From Hypanus sabinus (Eukaryota): a DNA stretch of 64,000 nucleotides. Shown in pieces: positions 12,093 through 23,200 of this stretch. Where the stretch lies: positions 28,458,001 through 28,522,000 of the forward strand of contig NC_082710.1 in assembly GCF_030144855.1 (NCBI RefSeq). Direction: 5' to 3'. The first letter of the stretch is position 1, and each line of letters opens with the position of its first letter. Position numbers and translations under genes: made by a program. The notes under the pieces were generated by a model. The model saw only the letters and a list, made by a program, of their open reading frames with translations. It did no database searches and had not been told where the DNA came from.

Positions 12093-12511
12093 TTCCTCCA
12101 AGCGGACCACAACCTTGTTGTAGTTTGGAGGCTTGCATACCTCAGTAACCTGGAGTGTTTCTCTATGTTGGCTGGAGTCAGGGTTTTATGCTTGGACTCT
12201 TGCTAGGGTCACCCATACCAAGTAGGTCAAAGAGTAGAGATCAGACTAAGAGTGGTCCATCGGACCTCCAAGTTCAAGGGTTCAACTCCAGTTTTGCCCT
12301 GACTGGTAAAACAAAATTGCTACAGAAACAGTAATGAAAATTCTTTCTACATCTGAGTTTGCCAGTATTCCCAAGTCTCCACCCGGAACTTGCATGACTG
12401 ATAGGAGTGAAAACTGAGCCACTAACATGAGGAAGGAAGCCTTGAACACTGCCAGAGATGGAGGACCTTCATTGCTGCCTGAAATGCCAGCAGAGTAATG
12501 GGCAGTAAAGT
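12093..12511 (+). mobile_element. Bipartite non-autonomous RTE-clade retroposon (5' UTR fused to 3' end)
   Basis: 5' part resembles RTE/Expander/BovB-type 5' UTRs (GGACCACAACCTTG..TAGGGTCACCCA..CAGACTAAGAG); RTE-like 3' end (GGAGGACCTTCATTGCTGCC..GGGCAGTAAAG). Flanked by a 10-bp TSD with one mismatch: TTCAGATTAT 12083-12092 and TTCAGGTTAT 12512-12521. Confidence 0.7.
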
Positions 12512-12902
12512 TTCAGGTTATCTGAAGATAGAAATCTTAAGGTTGCATTCTCATTTTGCAGCTACAGAAAGCAGCATAGGTTTACCTGAACAATCTTTGA
12601 TGAAATTTATTAAAACTTATCATTCTTCCATTATTTTTCATGGGATAACATGTATCAGAGCTAACTAAATGGTAATGAATAGTTACTTAGTACTTTTTAA
12701 CAAAGTAGTATTTCCAATAGGATCATATTTACCTTTCATTAATGAGCAAGGATATCTTACTAATTAAAGAATAATATGTTCTTATACAACACAAAAATTA
12801 ATTCAAAACAGCTGCTGAATATGATTGAATAGGTAGATTTATTATAATAGGTTTGTCTGGTAAATAAATAATACATCAAATATGTACTAAATTGAATAGT
12901 TT

Positions 12903-13722
12903 GAAAGCTTTCAAAGGTACGTTGAATGTCAGAGAAGTGTATAAAATATACATCCTGAAATGCTTTTTCTTCACAACCATCCATGAAAATAGGGGAGTGC
13001 CCGCAAAGAATGAATGACAGTTAAATATTAGAACCCCAATGTCCAACCCCCCCCCAGCTCCCCTCCCTCCCATGCGCAAGCGGCAACAAGCAACTATGCC
13101 CCTCCCCACCATCACTGGTAAGAAAAAGCATCAGCACCCACCACCAAGCACTCAAGCGTGAGCAGAGCAACAGCAAAGACACAGACTTGCAGTTACCCCA
13201 AGGACTGATTTTTGAGCTGGTATTTGACTTACCACAGGCTCTCCCTCTCCCTAATAAGGGAGAATGAGGTGTCTCCATTTCACAGCGAGAGGGGGGGCAT
13301 AACAAATAACTCACTGGTTTACAATGTTAGAAGTCCGTTGCATTGCTTTTTCCGTCTCTGTACCCAAAGGTCCTGGGTCTCTGGGCACACAGCCGTAGAT
13401 CTTCTGACTCCCCGTTGACACACTGATCTCTTGCAGTGATCTTCGATCCATCCGTCTCCACCGCCATGAGATCTCGGTCCTCCAAAGGTGATCTGAGCTC
13501 TTAGGCCGAGACCTTGGCGCGCCGAGTACGGCCAGAAGTGAAACCCCAAGATCAGATCCCATTTCCGCAGAGAACCGTAGTCAGTGTGTAACTCCAGGTC
13601 AGGGTCTTCAAAAGAAGAAGAGATAAGGGAAAAATAGAGATATTAAAGATAGAAATAGAGCTGTTTCCGAAGATGCAAGCAAAGGATTGCTATTAGGTGC
13701 CATTAATCCTCCTAAGCTTGTC
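12903..13722 (-). mobile_element. Non-coding ~820-bp retroposon (SINE-like or non-autonomous LINE derivative)
   Basis: CpG-retaining; homologous copies at 51303-51728 and 45693-46140; TTGAA-type 3' tail on the minus strand; no credible ORF. Confidence 0.8.
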
Positions 13723-16224
13723 CTATATAGTGCATATACATTTGAAACATAAATATGAGTTAAATACATATGAGTTAAATGAAAGTAATTTTATATTATA
13801 TTTATAACCCGCTCTAAATGCATTGAAATTACACTTTTTTCCTCCTAGTTTATTCATTCCTTTTGCAGTGGTATGAAGTGCTTTACAACTTGCATGATAC
13901 AATCCAGATTTTGCTTTTGAACCATTTAGGTTTCACTTGGGGTTATAGATGATATTCATTTGAGCACAACTTTGTAATTTTCTTTCTGGTAGACAATATC
14001 AGACACTACATTAAACCAATCTGGTTCCAATTACTGATGGTCAAAGTTCATATCATCTTTTGCTGTTGATTAATATTAACATCTTTGTTCTGTTGCAGTA
14101 CAAGACCATTGCACATTTATTATTGCAATACTATAGTTAACAACTAACAGAGTTTTAATATTGAATCAGCAAATATTTAATTATATTAATAAACAATTAA
14201 TCATGCATGCGAGATTAGATTCATAGATTCATGGAACACTACAGTACAGTAACAGGCCTTTCAGCCCATCTTGTCTGTGCCAAATTAATATTTGAGTTTA
14301 GTAAATATTATTACTAAGTTTCAAACTATTTGTTTTAAGTGAACACAAATATTTCCATTTCAATTCGGAAAATGCATGCAGAATGATGTATTATCTTAAG
14401 CACACTTATTAGATTAATGAAATCTAAAACGAAAACTGAAAAAACTCTAAAAATGACAACTCATTCAGTACTGGAAAACCTGCAAAAACATAAGTAAAAT
14501 CTTGTATAATCAGACTGAATTAACAAGACTTCAATTATTAGCAGGCTTCTTTTAATGCAATTTGCAATGAGAAATTGCAGGGAGGAAATTGAGAAGTACT
14601 GCCCTATGTGAACGGATATCAAATCCTGATGTGTCAACATGTCTCCCCCTTTTTCATACCTTATTTTTTTCTCTGGAAATGTATTACTTTACAACTTTTA
14701 TTTCATTGGACTTGTTTAGTTGATACAGGTCTTTGGGCCTTAGCCTGTTGTCTGTTGATTGGTTCTTTGTTGGCAATCAAAATTTATCTTAAAATAGGTT
14801 CCAGAAGATACTGTAAAAAGACTGAATAAAGTACATGTGAAGGGAATGTAGTTCAATATTGAATGTTCATATTTGTGAAAGCTGAATATGTCGGTTTACC
14901 CACCTTTGGTTTGATTTTGGTGTGATTTATATGCTTAATTAAGTGTGAAAAAATTAAGATTAATAAATAATGAAAAGTAATACTTAGCTGCAAAAACTCT
15001 GTTCAATATTAGTTCTGAATATTTGTTTGGAAAATGTAGTCTTGGTCAACATAATAATAAATGTGAGTTAGTGAATGATTTGGGAAATAAGCAGTAGTTT
15101 TCAGCCCATGATCTCATGTAGATAAAATGAGAAAATTAGCGAATCAACAGTCTTGACAGTTATCCGTATTTCAAAAATTGATCAAAAATACTATTTTAAA
15201 TACATAATCAAGCTTGTCATTTTCTGGACTGTTACTTCAGTTAAATCTATTGACATTCTAGACTTGAATTGTCACACTGATGAATGCTTGTCTTATCCAC
15301 AAATCGACTTTACATATTCCTTAACATCCCCACTCAAGCTGTCAAATACTGCCAGCTGAGATCTTATCCCTAGGTTCTTTCAGGAGGGTTGAAACTGACT
15401 TAAACTTGGGTTTGAAATGTTTGTTTGTGAAATTCAATGTGAAATAAACTTGAAATCAATTAGGAATAATAAACCTCTCCTAATTTTAACACAGTCTGTT
15501 GTGTTATGTGCAAAATAACTTAAGCAGATGTGTTTGTAATCAGATTTGCTCTTGTGTGGTTAGGTCTGAGGAAGTGTGTCCAGACAAAGTAAAGAAATAG
15601 GTTATTCAGTCACACAAATGTCTGTTGCAATGAACTGGCTATATCGTACTTAAATGCATTTGCCTTCAGTATCCTTAATATCAAAAGAAAATCTTAGTAA
15701 TTTTATTAGGCCTGGCTTCCTTTGGGAGGGGGGAGAATAGCAGTTTCCCACTATTGTTTGTCTGCATGTAGAGTTTGCTCATTTCACTCTTGAATGAGCT
15801 CTCTCGGGTTTTAAGATTATTTCTGTATTCCCCCAACAGAAGAAATAGCTTCTCAATATCTGTTCAATGGAATTCTTCTACCACTTCAAGTGTATTAATC
15901 AGTTCGCAACTTTCTAAACTCTAGTGAATATGAATCAAATTTATGCAAACTAGGTTCATAAATTAACCCAGTGAACCTGCAAACTTGAATTTATAACTTT
16001 CTATTCATCCAGCCAGTGCACTATTGTGATAAGCTGAACTCCCAGCACAAATGTGTTGGGAACTTTGCAATCTGCCATTAAGTTTCACCACATTCTTTGT
16101 GCACTCTTGTTTCCATCTCCAACCGGAACTAAGTAACAGCACAAGTTACAAGTGGCTTCTTGACACCTAAAGGTAATCTTTCATTTGATTACTTATCCCA
16201 GTAGTAAGCCATTTCAAAGATTAA

Positions 16225-16355
16225 GCAAAGAGATTTTGCAGATGCTGGAAATCCAGAGCAACACCCAAAATGCTGGAATAACTCACAGATCAAGCAGCAT
16301 CTGAGGAGGGGAATAGACAGTTGACATTTCAGGCTGAGACCCTTCATCAGGACTG
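16225..16355 (-). repeat. Penelope-like terminus
   Basis: Same ~130-bp repeat as 6045-6176. Confidence 0.8.
16318..16355 (-). ncRNA. Minimal type I hammerhead ribozyme motif (near-intact, CpG-decayed)
   Basis: Minus strand reads CAGTC CTGATGA AGG GTCTCAG CCT GAAA T GTC AACTG: core boxes CUGAUGA and GAAA, stem II AGG/CCT, GUC cleavage triplet, stem I CAGT/ACTG. Confidence 0.7.
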
Positions 16356-16562
16356 AATATTTCAAAGGTTTTTGTTTCAAAACTCACTTTAAATGTTAAT
16401 GTGAAGTATGTGAAAAATATCATCAATTTTATTTATTTGAATTTTCTAAATAGCTTGCTTATGATTATGCTTGCAGTTCAGTGATTTTCAAAATCAAAAT
16501 CATTTTCAGGTCTTGCTATTACAAATCAGCATCTTAAAGTGTACTAATTTACTAGAATTCAC

Positions 16563-16974
16563 ATTGAATTGAATTGACTTTATTTCTTACATCCTTCACA
16601 TACATGAGGAGTAAAAATCTGTGTTACATCTCCATCTAAATGTGCAATGTGCAATCATAGTAATTTATAATAAATAGATCAGTCAATGTAACCAGCGTGA
16701 GTTCATCAGCCTGATGGCCTGGTGGAAGAAGCTATCCCGGAGCCTGTTGATCCTGGCTTTTATGCTACGGTACCGTTGCCCGGATGGTAGCAGCTGGAAT
16801 AGATTGTAGTTGGGGTGACTTGGATCCCCAATGATCCTCCGGGCCCTTTTTACACACCTGTCCTTGTAAATGTCCTGAATCGTGGGAAGCTCACAACTAC
16901 AGATCCGCTGGGCTGTCTGCACCACTCTCTGCAGAGTCCTGCGATTAAGGGAGGTACAGTTCCCATGCCAGGCA
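16563..16974 (-). mobile_element. Young Rex1/Babar-like LINE 3' fragment
   Basis: ORF 16683-16925 (VQTAQRI..LPTIQDIY..DPSHP..LLPSGQRYRSI..RLRDSFFHQAIRL); (ATTGA)n tail; CpGs retained. Confidence 0.92.
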
Positions 16975-17109
16975 TTTCTAAATTAGTTTAAATGGGATGG
17001 AAACTGCAGTGAGTGGTAAACACTAGTAACTCCTTCACAGGTTCATCATGTTGTTTCATTTAGTTTATCACCAAGGTATATTGTTTCGGGAAGGCCCTGT
17101 GCCATTGTC

Positions 17110-17460
17110 AGGAATGCCAGCTGTGCTAGCTATTCCCTTTTCTTTCTTCTACCTTCTGGGAGAAGATACAGGAACTTAAAAGCCCAGACAAGCAGCCTCA
17201 AGATCAGTTTCTTCCCATTGCTTTCAGACTACTAAACCTATCATCTCTTTTACTTCCTTTTCCAGTGGTGCTTCAATGTTCTCGGTTTCTTAATCATACA
17301 CCTCTTGGTTATTCCACTACTGACACCTCAGCATCTATGCTTGCACTGACTTGGCTTACATTAAAATCTTCAAAAAAAAAAGTTTTATGTTGCAGTAATA
17401 TGCTGTTTTGCACTTGTTGCTGTATTTATTGATGTATTTGTTATTACCATGACAGTAATA
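17110..17460 (+). mobile_element. Old Rex1-like 3' fragment, probably continuing at ~18540-18617
   Basis: CTTCTACCTTCTGGGAGAAGATACAGG translates LLPSGRRYR; a tail-like segment resumes after the nested copy. Confidence 0.6.
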
Positions 17461-18538
17461 CCTACATTTGGCTGCTATTCATTGATTATCGCTCAGCTTT
17501 GAACAGCATCATCCCCTAAGTACTATTCATCAAGCCTCAAAACCTGGGCCCTCGTACTTCCCTCAGCACTAGATCCTTACTTCCTCATCAGGAGGCCACA
17601 GTCGGTGTGGATCAGAACTAACATTGACCATCAACGCAGGTGTATCTCAAGATGCGCGCTTCACCCATTTCTCTACTCTCTCTACACGCGTGAGCTGTGT
17701 GACTGAGCACGGCTCAGATGTCATCTGTAAGTTCACCGGTGGCACCACTGTCATTAGCAGAATCTCAGGAGGCATACAGAAGTAAAATAGATCACAACTC
17801 TTATTGATGGTAAGATCAAGAAACTGATTATGGACTTCAGGAAGGGGGTCGGGAGAGCACATGGCAGTCCTCATTGAGGGGTCAGCAGTGGAAAGGGTGA
17901 GCAGCTTCATGTTCCTGGGTCTCAATATCTCAGAGGATCCATCCTGGGCCCAACGTATTGAAGCAATCACAAAGAAGGCACACCAGCGGCTGCACTTCCT
18001 AAGGAGTTTGAGGAGATTTGTATGCCATGAAAAACTCTAGCAAATTTCTAAAGAAGTCTGACTGTTGGGATCACTGCCTAGAATGCAGGCTGCAATGCAC
18101 TGGATTGGAATAAGCAGACTCAGCCAGCTCCATCATGGGCACCAACCTTCCCACCATTGCAGAAGTCTTCAGAAGACAGTGCATCAAGGAAGTGGCATCC
18201 CCCATTAAGGACCCTCACAATCCAGGACATGTGCTCTTCTCATCACTACCTTAGGGGTAGAGGTACAAGAGCCTGAGGGTGACACATAGTGAGCTAAGCG
18301 CCCATCCTTGAGGTGTGCCTGTGTTGATTATCAACATTTTAAGAACAATTTCTTCCTCTCCATAGATTTCAGAATGGCCCATGAGCAATAAACATTACCT
18401 CACTATTTTGCTCTCTTTTGTACTATTTATTTATATTTTTACACATTTCTCATTGTAATTTATAGTATTCTGTTTTGCAAGGAACAAAAAAAACATGATA
18501 TTTTGTCGGTGATAGCAAACTTGATTCTGAATCTAATT
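17460..18538 (+). mobile_element. Rex1/Babar-like LINE RT and 3' end, decayed
   Basis: Starts YIWLLFIDYRSALNSIIP; contains KTKELI-like and FLG motifs; ends in a TTGATTCTGAATCT tail. Confidence 0.88.
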
Positions 18539-20383
18539 CTGTATATTGTTTACACTGTGAGCTTCACATGAGCGATGATTTTCCCCTGTTTATATGACAG
18601 TAACCATCTGAACTTGATGGTTATAAGCTCATTTTTAGAATGCTAGGCAGCCAGATGACAAAAAGTTATATTCTACCTATTTTGTGTATTGTATAGCTGC
18701 GGCAATTTTCAGACAGAAGTAATCACACTGACAATACCTGGCAGAAATTCATTAATAATAATGCACAATGCCAATAACCTCCCATATCTGTTCAATTTCT
18801 ATGTAAAGATGTGAAATTATGAAATGTATAGAGCTGAAATAGAGGCATGATTTTGAAATAAAGTTCCAACCTTTTAAGAAGAAAAATTAAAAATTAACAG
18901 GTTGAATTATGCTCCTCTGCCTCATTGCCACTCAAAGTTCCACTCTTCTAGATCCGTCATAAGGAGAAAGAATACCAGTAACTTCTGCTGATAGGAGCCT
19001 GTGAAAATCTTATTTCTTTCATTTTCCTTGCTGCAGTTTTAACCACTCTGACTTTTTTGAAAGCATGATACCCAGCAACTTCTAGGCAAACAGGCGATCA
19101 CTGCGATTGTAATTAAAGAGAGATGAATCACAGATGCCTTGCATGCAGCTTAACAGGGATGTTTCATTAAGTTAGAAAAATAAAGTTCAGCTTTCCAAAT
19201 TATATAATACAACTTTTGTGAATTATTTTAATCAGATATAGATATAAATTTGTAGCTAGATTGGCATTAAAAATAAGCAAGGATATATATTTAATGAATG
19301 TGCCTCACTTAAGAATAATAAAAAGGAGATTTTTCCAACTATAATGTGATAAGAAACTGATTGCCAACGTTAGGATACACTTTTAGTTTTTTATGCTCGG
19401 GGTGAAAAATTGATTAAGTATTGCACAGAAGAAATTCAGACAAAGCTCCTTTGAGTTTACCATCCAGTCAAATTTGTGAGTGAAAGAATTCATAATCTTA
19501 TTGATGGGACATTGCATATTGAAGCAGCTGTATGCTTTTGACTGCACACCTCAACAAGATTTTATTTTTTAAGTTTTGTATTAAGAGACTTGGATACCTA
19601 GAATTGCAGCCCACAAAAAAGAAATTGTGAGTGAAAAGTGAACTGGTTGCCTTGTAGCACAGTCCCCTACGTGTTCAGTTTTCTCCTAGATGATGATGTT
19701 CATTTATAAAAAGATGAACCAAATGAAAGCAAAGTTATTTCAAATATACTTTGTCCTATAGTTACATAATTAGTGACTGTTATGTTGACATGGTCTTCTT
19801 TTACACAACTATTGACTCAGTACCCTAAAATCAAATTATATAAGCATCTGGAAGAATATATTTAGTTGTTTCTGATATTGGAACAAATGGTGAATACTTT
19901 CTTTTTTTTATTCTTAATTGCTTACTGAATAATTATTGGAGCAAATCAGGCTAAGTTATTCCCTGGAGTTGAAAGGCTGCTGCATGATGTGATAACATGA
20001 CCATGTGTGAATCAAAACAAGTAATGATTCCAAATAGCTGTTCAAGTTTATTCATCTCAGTTTTCTGGAGGCTGTAAAGTAACAAATCAAATTATACCTG
20101 ACACAATCTGTAGACACTTACCAACAAATTCCAGATTACTGGCTGCAATCCACTTGGATCTGTAACACTGGCATTCTGGGAACACACCTGCTTGGTGTAT
20201 GATTCAAAGCAAGACAGGCAATGCAGGAAATACACAACAGGGCCATTAACTTCTGAATCAGTGTTGTGTTAATGACTGGTTAATGTTAACAAAATGAGGA
20301 AAAAATTGGAAAATATCAGGAAAAATTAATTAATAAAATGTAGGCTATAAGTAAATGAAGAAATACAGGTGAAGTCAGAAGTT

Positions 20384-21947
20384 CAAGTCAAGTCAATTCA
20401 AGTCACTTTTATTGTCATATCGAACATAACTGCTGGTACAGTACATAGTCAAAATGAGACAACGTTTTTCAGGACCATGGTGTAACATGACACAGTATAA
20501 AAACTAGACTGAACTACATAAAAAAGCAACACAGAGAAAGCTACACTAGACTACAGACCTACACTGGACTGCATAAAGTGCACAAAAACAGTGCAGGAAT
20601 TACAACAAGTAATAAACAGGACAGTAGGGCAAGGTGTCAGTCCAGGGTCTGGGTATTGAGGAGTCTGATAGCTTGGGGGAAGTAACTGTTACATAGTCTG
20701 GTCGTGAGAGCCTGAATGCTTCGGAGCCTTTTCTCAGATGACAGGAGGGAGAAGAGATTGTATGACGGGTGCATAGGGTCCTTCATAATACTGTTTCCTT
20801 TGCGGATGCAGCATGTGGTGTAAATGTCCGTGATGGCAGGAAGAGAGACCCCAATGATCTTCTCAGCTGATCTCACTATCCGCTGCAGGGTCTTGTGATC
20901 TGAGATGGTGCAATTTCCGAACCAGGCAGTGATGCAGCTGCTCAGGATGCTCTCAATACAACCCCTGTAGAATGTGATGAGGATGGGGGGGTGGGGAGAT
21001 GGAATTTCCTCAGCCTTCGCAGAAAGTAGAGACGCTGCTGGGCTTTCTTTGCTATGGAGCTGATGTTGAGGGACCAGGTGAGATTCTCTGCCAGGTGAAC
21101 ACCAAGAAATTTGGTGCTGTTAACGATCTCTACTGAGGAGCTGTCGATGTTCAGCGAGGAGTGGTCGCTCCATGCCCTCCTGAAGTCAACAACCATCTCT
21201 TTTGTTTTGTTCACATTCAAAGACAGGTTGTTGGCTCTGCACCAGTCTGTTAGCCACTGCACCTCCTCTCTGTAAGCTGACTCATCGTTCTTGCTGATGA
21301 GACCCACCATGGTTGTGTTATTGGTGAACTTGATGATGTGGTTTGAGCTGTGTGTTGCAGCACAGTCGTGGGTCAGCAGAGTGAACAGCAGTGGACTGAG
21401 CACACAGCCCTGGGGAGCCCCCCGTGCTCAGTGTGATGGTGTTGGAGATGCTGCTCCCGATCTGGACTGACTGAGGTCTCCCAGTCAGGAAATCTAGGAT
21501 CCAGTTGCAGAGGGAGGTGTTCAGGCCCAGTAGGCTCAGCTTTCCAATCAGTTTCTGAGGGATGATTGTGTTGAATGCTGAACTGAAGTCTATGAACAGC
21601 ATCCGAACGTATGTGTCTTTTTTTGTCCAGGTGGGTTAGGGCCAGGTGGCAATGGGGTCATCTGTTGAGCGGTTGGGAAGGTACGCAAACTGCAAGGGGT
21701 CCAGTGAGGGGGGCAGCAGGGTCTTGATATGCTTCTTGACGAGCCTCTCGAAACACTTCATGATGATGGATGTAAGTGCAACGGGATGGTAGTCATTTAG
21801 GCAGGACAGTGAAGACTCCTTCAGCACAGGGATGATGGTGACGGCCTTGAAGCATGTTGGAACGGTGGTGCTGCTCAGGGAGATGTTGAAGATGTCAGTG
21901 AGAACATCTGCTAACTGGTCTGCACATCCTCTGAGCACTCTACCAGG
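20384..21947 (-). mobile_element. Young 5'-truncated Rex1/Babar-like LINE inserted in the left outer DR
   Basis: ORFs 21636-21938, 21318-21602, 20942-21403 and 20637-20876 carry RT motifs ([34 protein letters not shown]). (TTGAC)n tail. TSD GAAGTT at 20378-20383 and 21948-21953. Confidence 0.95.
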
Positions 21948-22163
21948 GAAGTTTACCTACACCTTAGCAAAATACATTTAAACTCAGTTTTTCACAATTC
22001 CTGACATTTAATCCTAGAATACATACCCTGTCTTAGGTCAGTTAGGATCACTACTTTATTTTAAGAATGTGAAATGTCAGAATAATAGTAGAGAGAATGA
22101 TTTATTTCAGCTTTTATTTCTTTCATCAATTTCCCAGTGGGTCAGAAGTTTACATACACTTTG

Positions 22164-22881
22164 TTAGTATTTGGTAGCATTGCCTTTAAATTGTTTAGCT
22201 CGGGTCAAACGTTTTGGCTAGCCTTCCACAAGCTTCTCACAATAAGTTGCTGGAATCTTGTTCCATTCCTCCAGACAGAACTGGTGTAACCGAGTCAGGT
22301 TTGTAGGTCTCCTTGCTCGCACACGCGTTTTCAGTTCTGCCCACAAATTTTCTACCAATTTTGTGAAGTACACCACAATGTGATGCTGCCACCCCCATGC
22401 TTCACGGTTGGGATGGTGTTCTTCGGCTTGCAACCCTCACCCTTTTTCCTCCAAACATAACGATGGTCATTATGGCCAGACAGTTCAATTTTTGTTTCAT
22501 CAGACCAGAGGACATTTCTCCAAAAAATGCACTTGCAAACTGTAGTCTGGCTTTTTAATGGCGGTTTTGAAGCAGTGGCTTCTTCCTTGCTGAGCAGCCT
22601 TTCAGGTTATGTCAATGTAGGACTCGTTTTACTGTGGATATAGATACTTGTCTACCTGTTTCCTCCAGCGTCTTCACAAGGGCCTTTGCTGTTGTTCTGG
22701 GATTAATTGCACTTTTTGCGCCAAGGTACAATCATCTCTAGGAGACAGAAGACGTCTCCTTTCTGAGCAGTATGACGGCTGCGTGGTCCCATGGTGTTTA
22801 TACTTGCGTACTATTGTTTGTACGGATGAATGCGGTACCTTCAGGCTTTTGGAAATTGATCCCAAGGATGAACCAGACTTG
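22164..22881 (-). pseudogene. Sleeping Beauty-type transposase pseudogene (start lost, catalytic region deleted)
   Basis: KSGSSLGSISKSLKVPHSSVQTIVRKYKHHGTTQPSY, LEETGRQVSISTVKRV and FWRNVLWSDETKIEL..KHGGGSI, then a jump to VENLWAELK..GNATKY*. Confidence 0.93.
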
Positions 22882-22890
22882 ATATCATTT

Positions 22891-23097
22891 TCTGACCTCA
22901 ATCCGATAGAAAATTTGCTGGCAGAACTGAAAGAGTGTGTGCGAGCACGGAGGCCTACAAACCTGACTCAGTTACACCAGTTCTGTCTGGAGGAATGGAA
23001 CAAAATTCCAGCAGCTTACTGTGAGAAGCTTGTGGAAGGCTACCCAAAGCGTTTGACCCAAGTTAAACAATTTATAGGCAAAGCTACCAAATACTAA
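22891..23097 (+). pseudogene. Inverted duplicate of the transposase C-terminus
   Basis: SDLNPIENLLAELKECVRARRPTNLTQLHQFCLEEWNKIPAAYCEKLVEGYPKRLTQVKQFIGKATKY*, the tail of ORF 22648-23097. Confidence 0.93.
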
Positions 23098-23200
23098 CAA
23101 AGTGTATATAAACTTCTGACCCACTGGGAAAGTCATGAAAGAAATAAAAGCTGAAATAAAGCATTCTCTCTACTATTACTCAGACATTTCACATTCTTAA

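Noticed and set aside
22648-23097. 149-aa ORF as an intact gene
   Set aside because: It is a chance read-through: antisense transposase N-terminus fused to the inverted C-terminal duplicate, with a non-ATG start.
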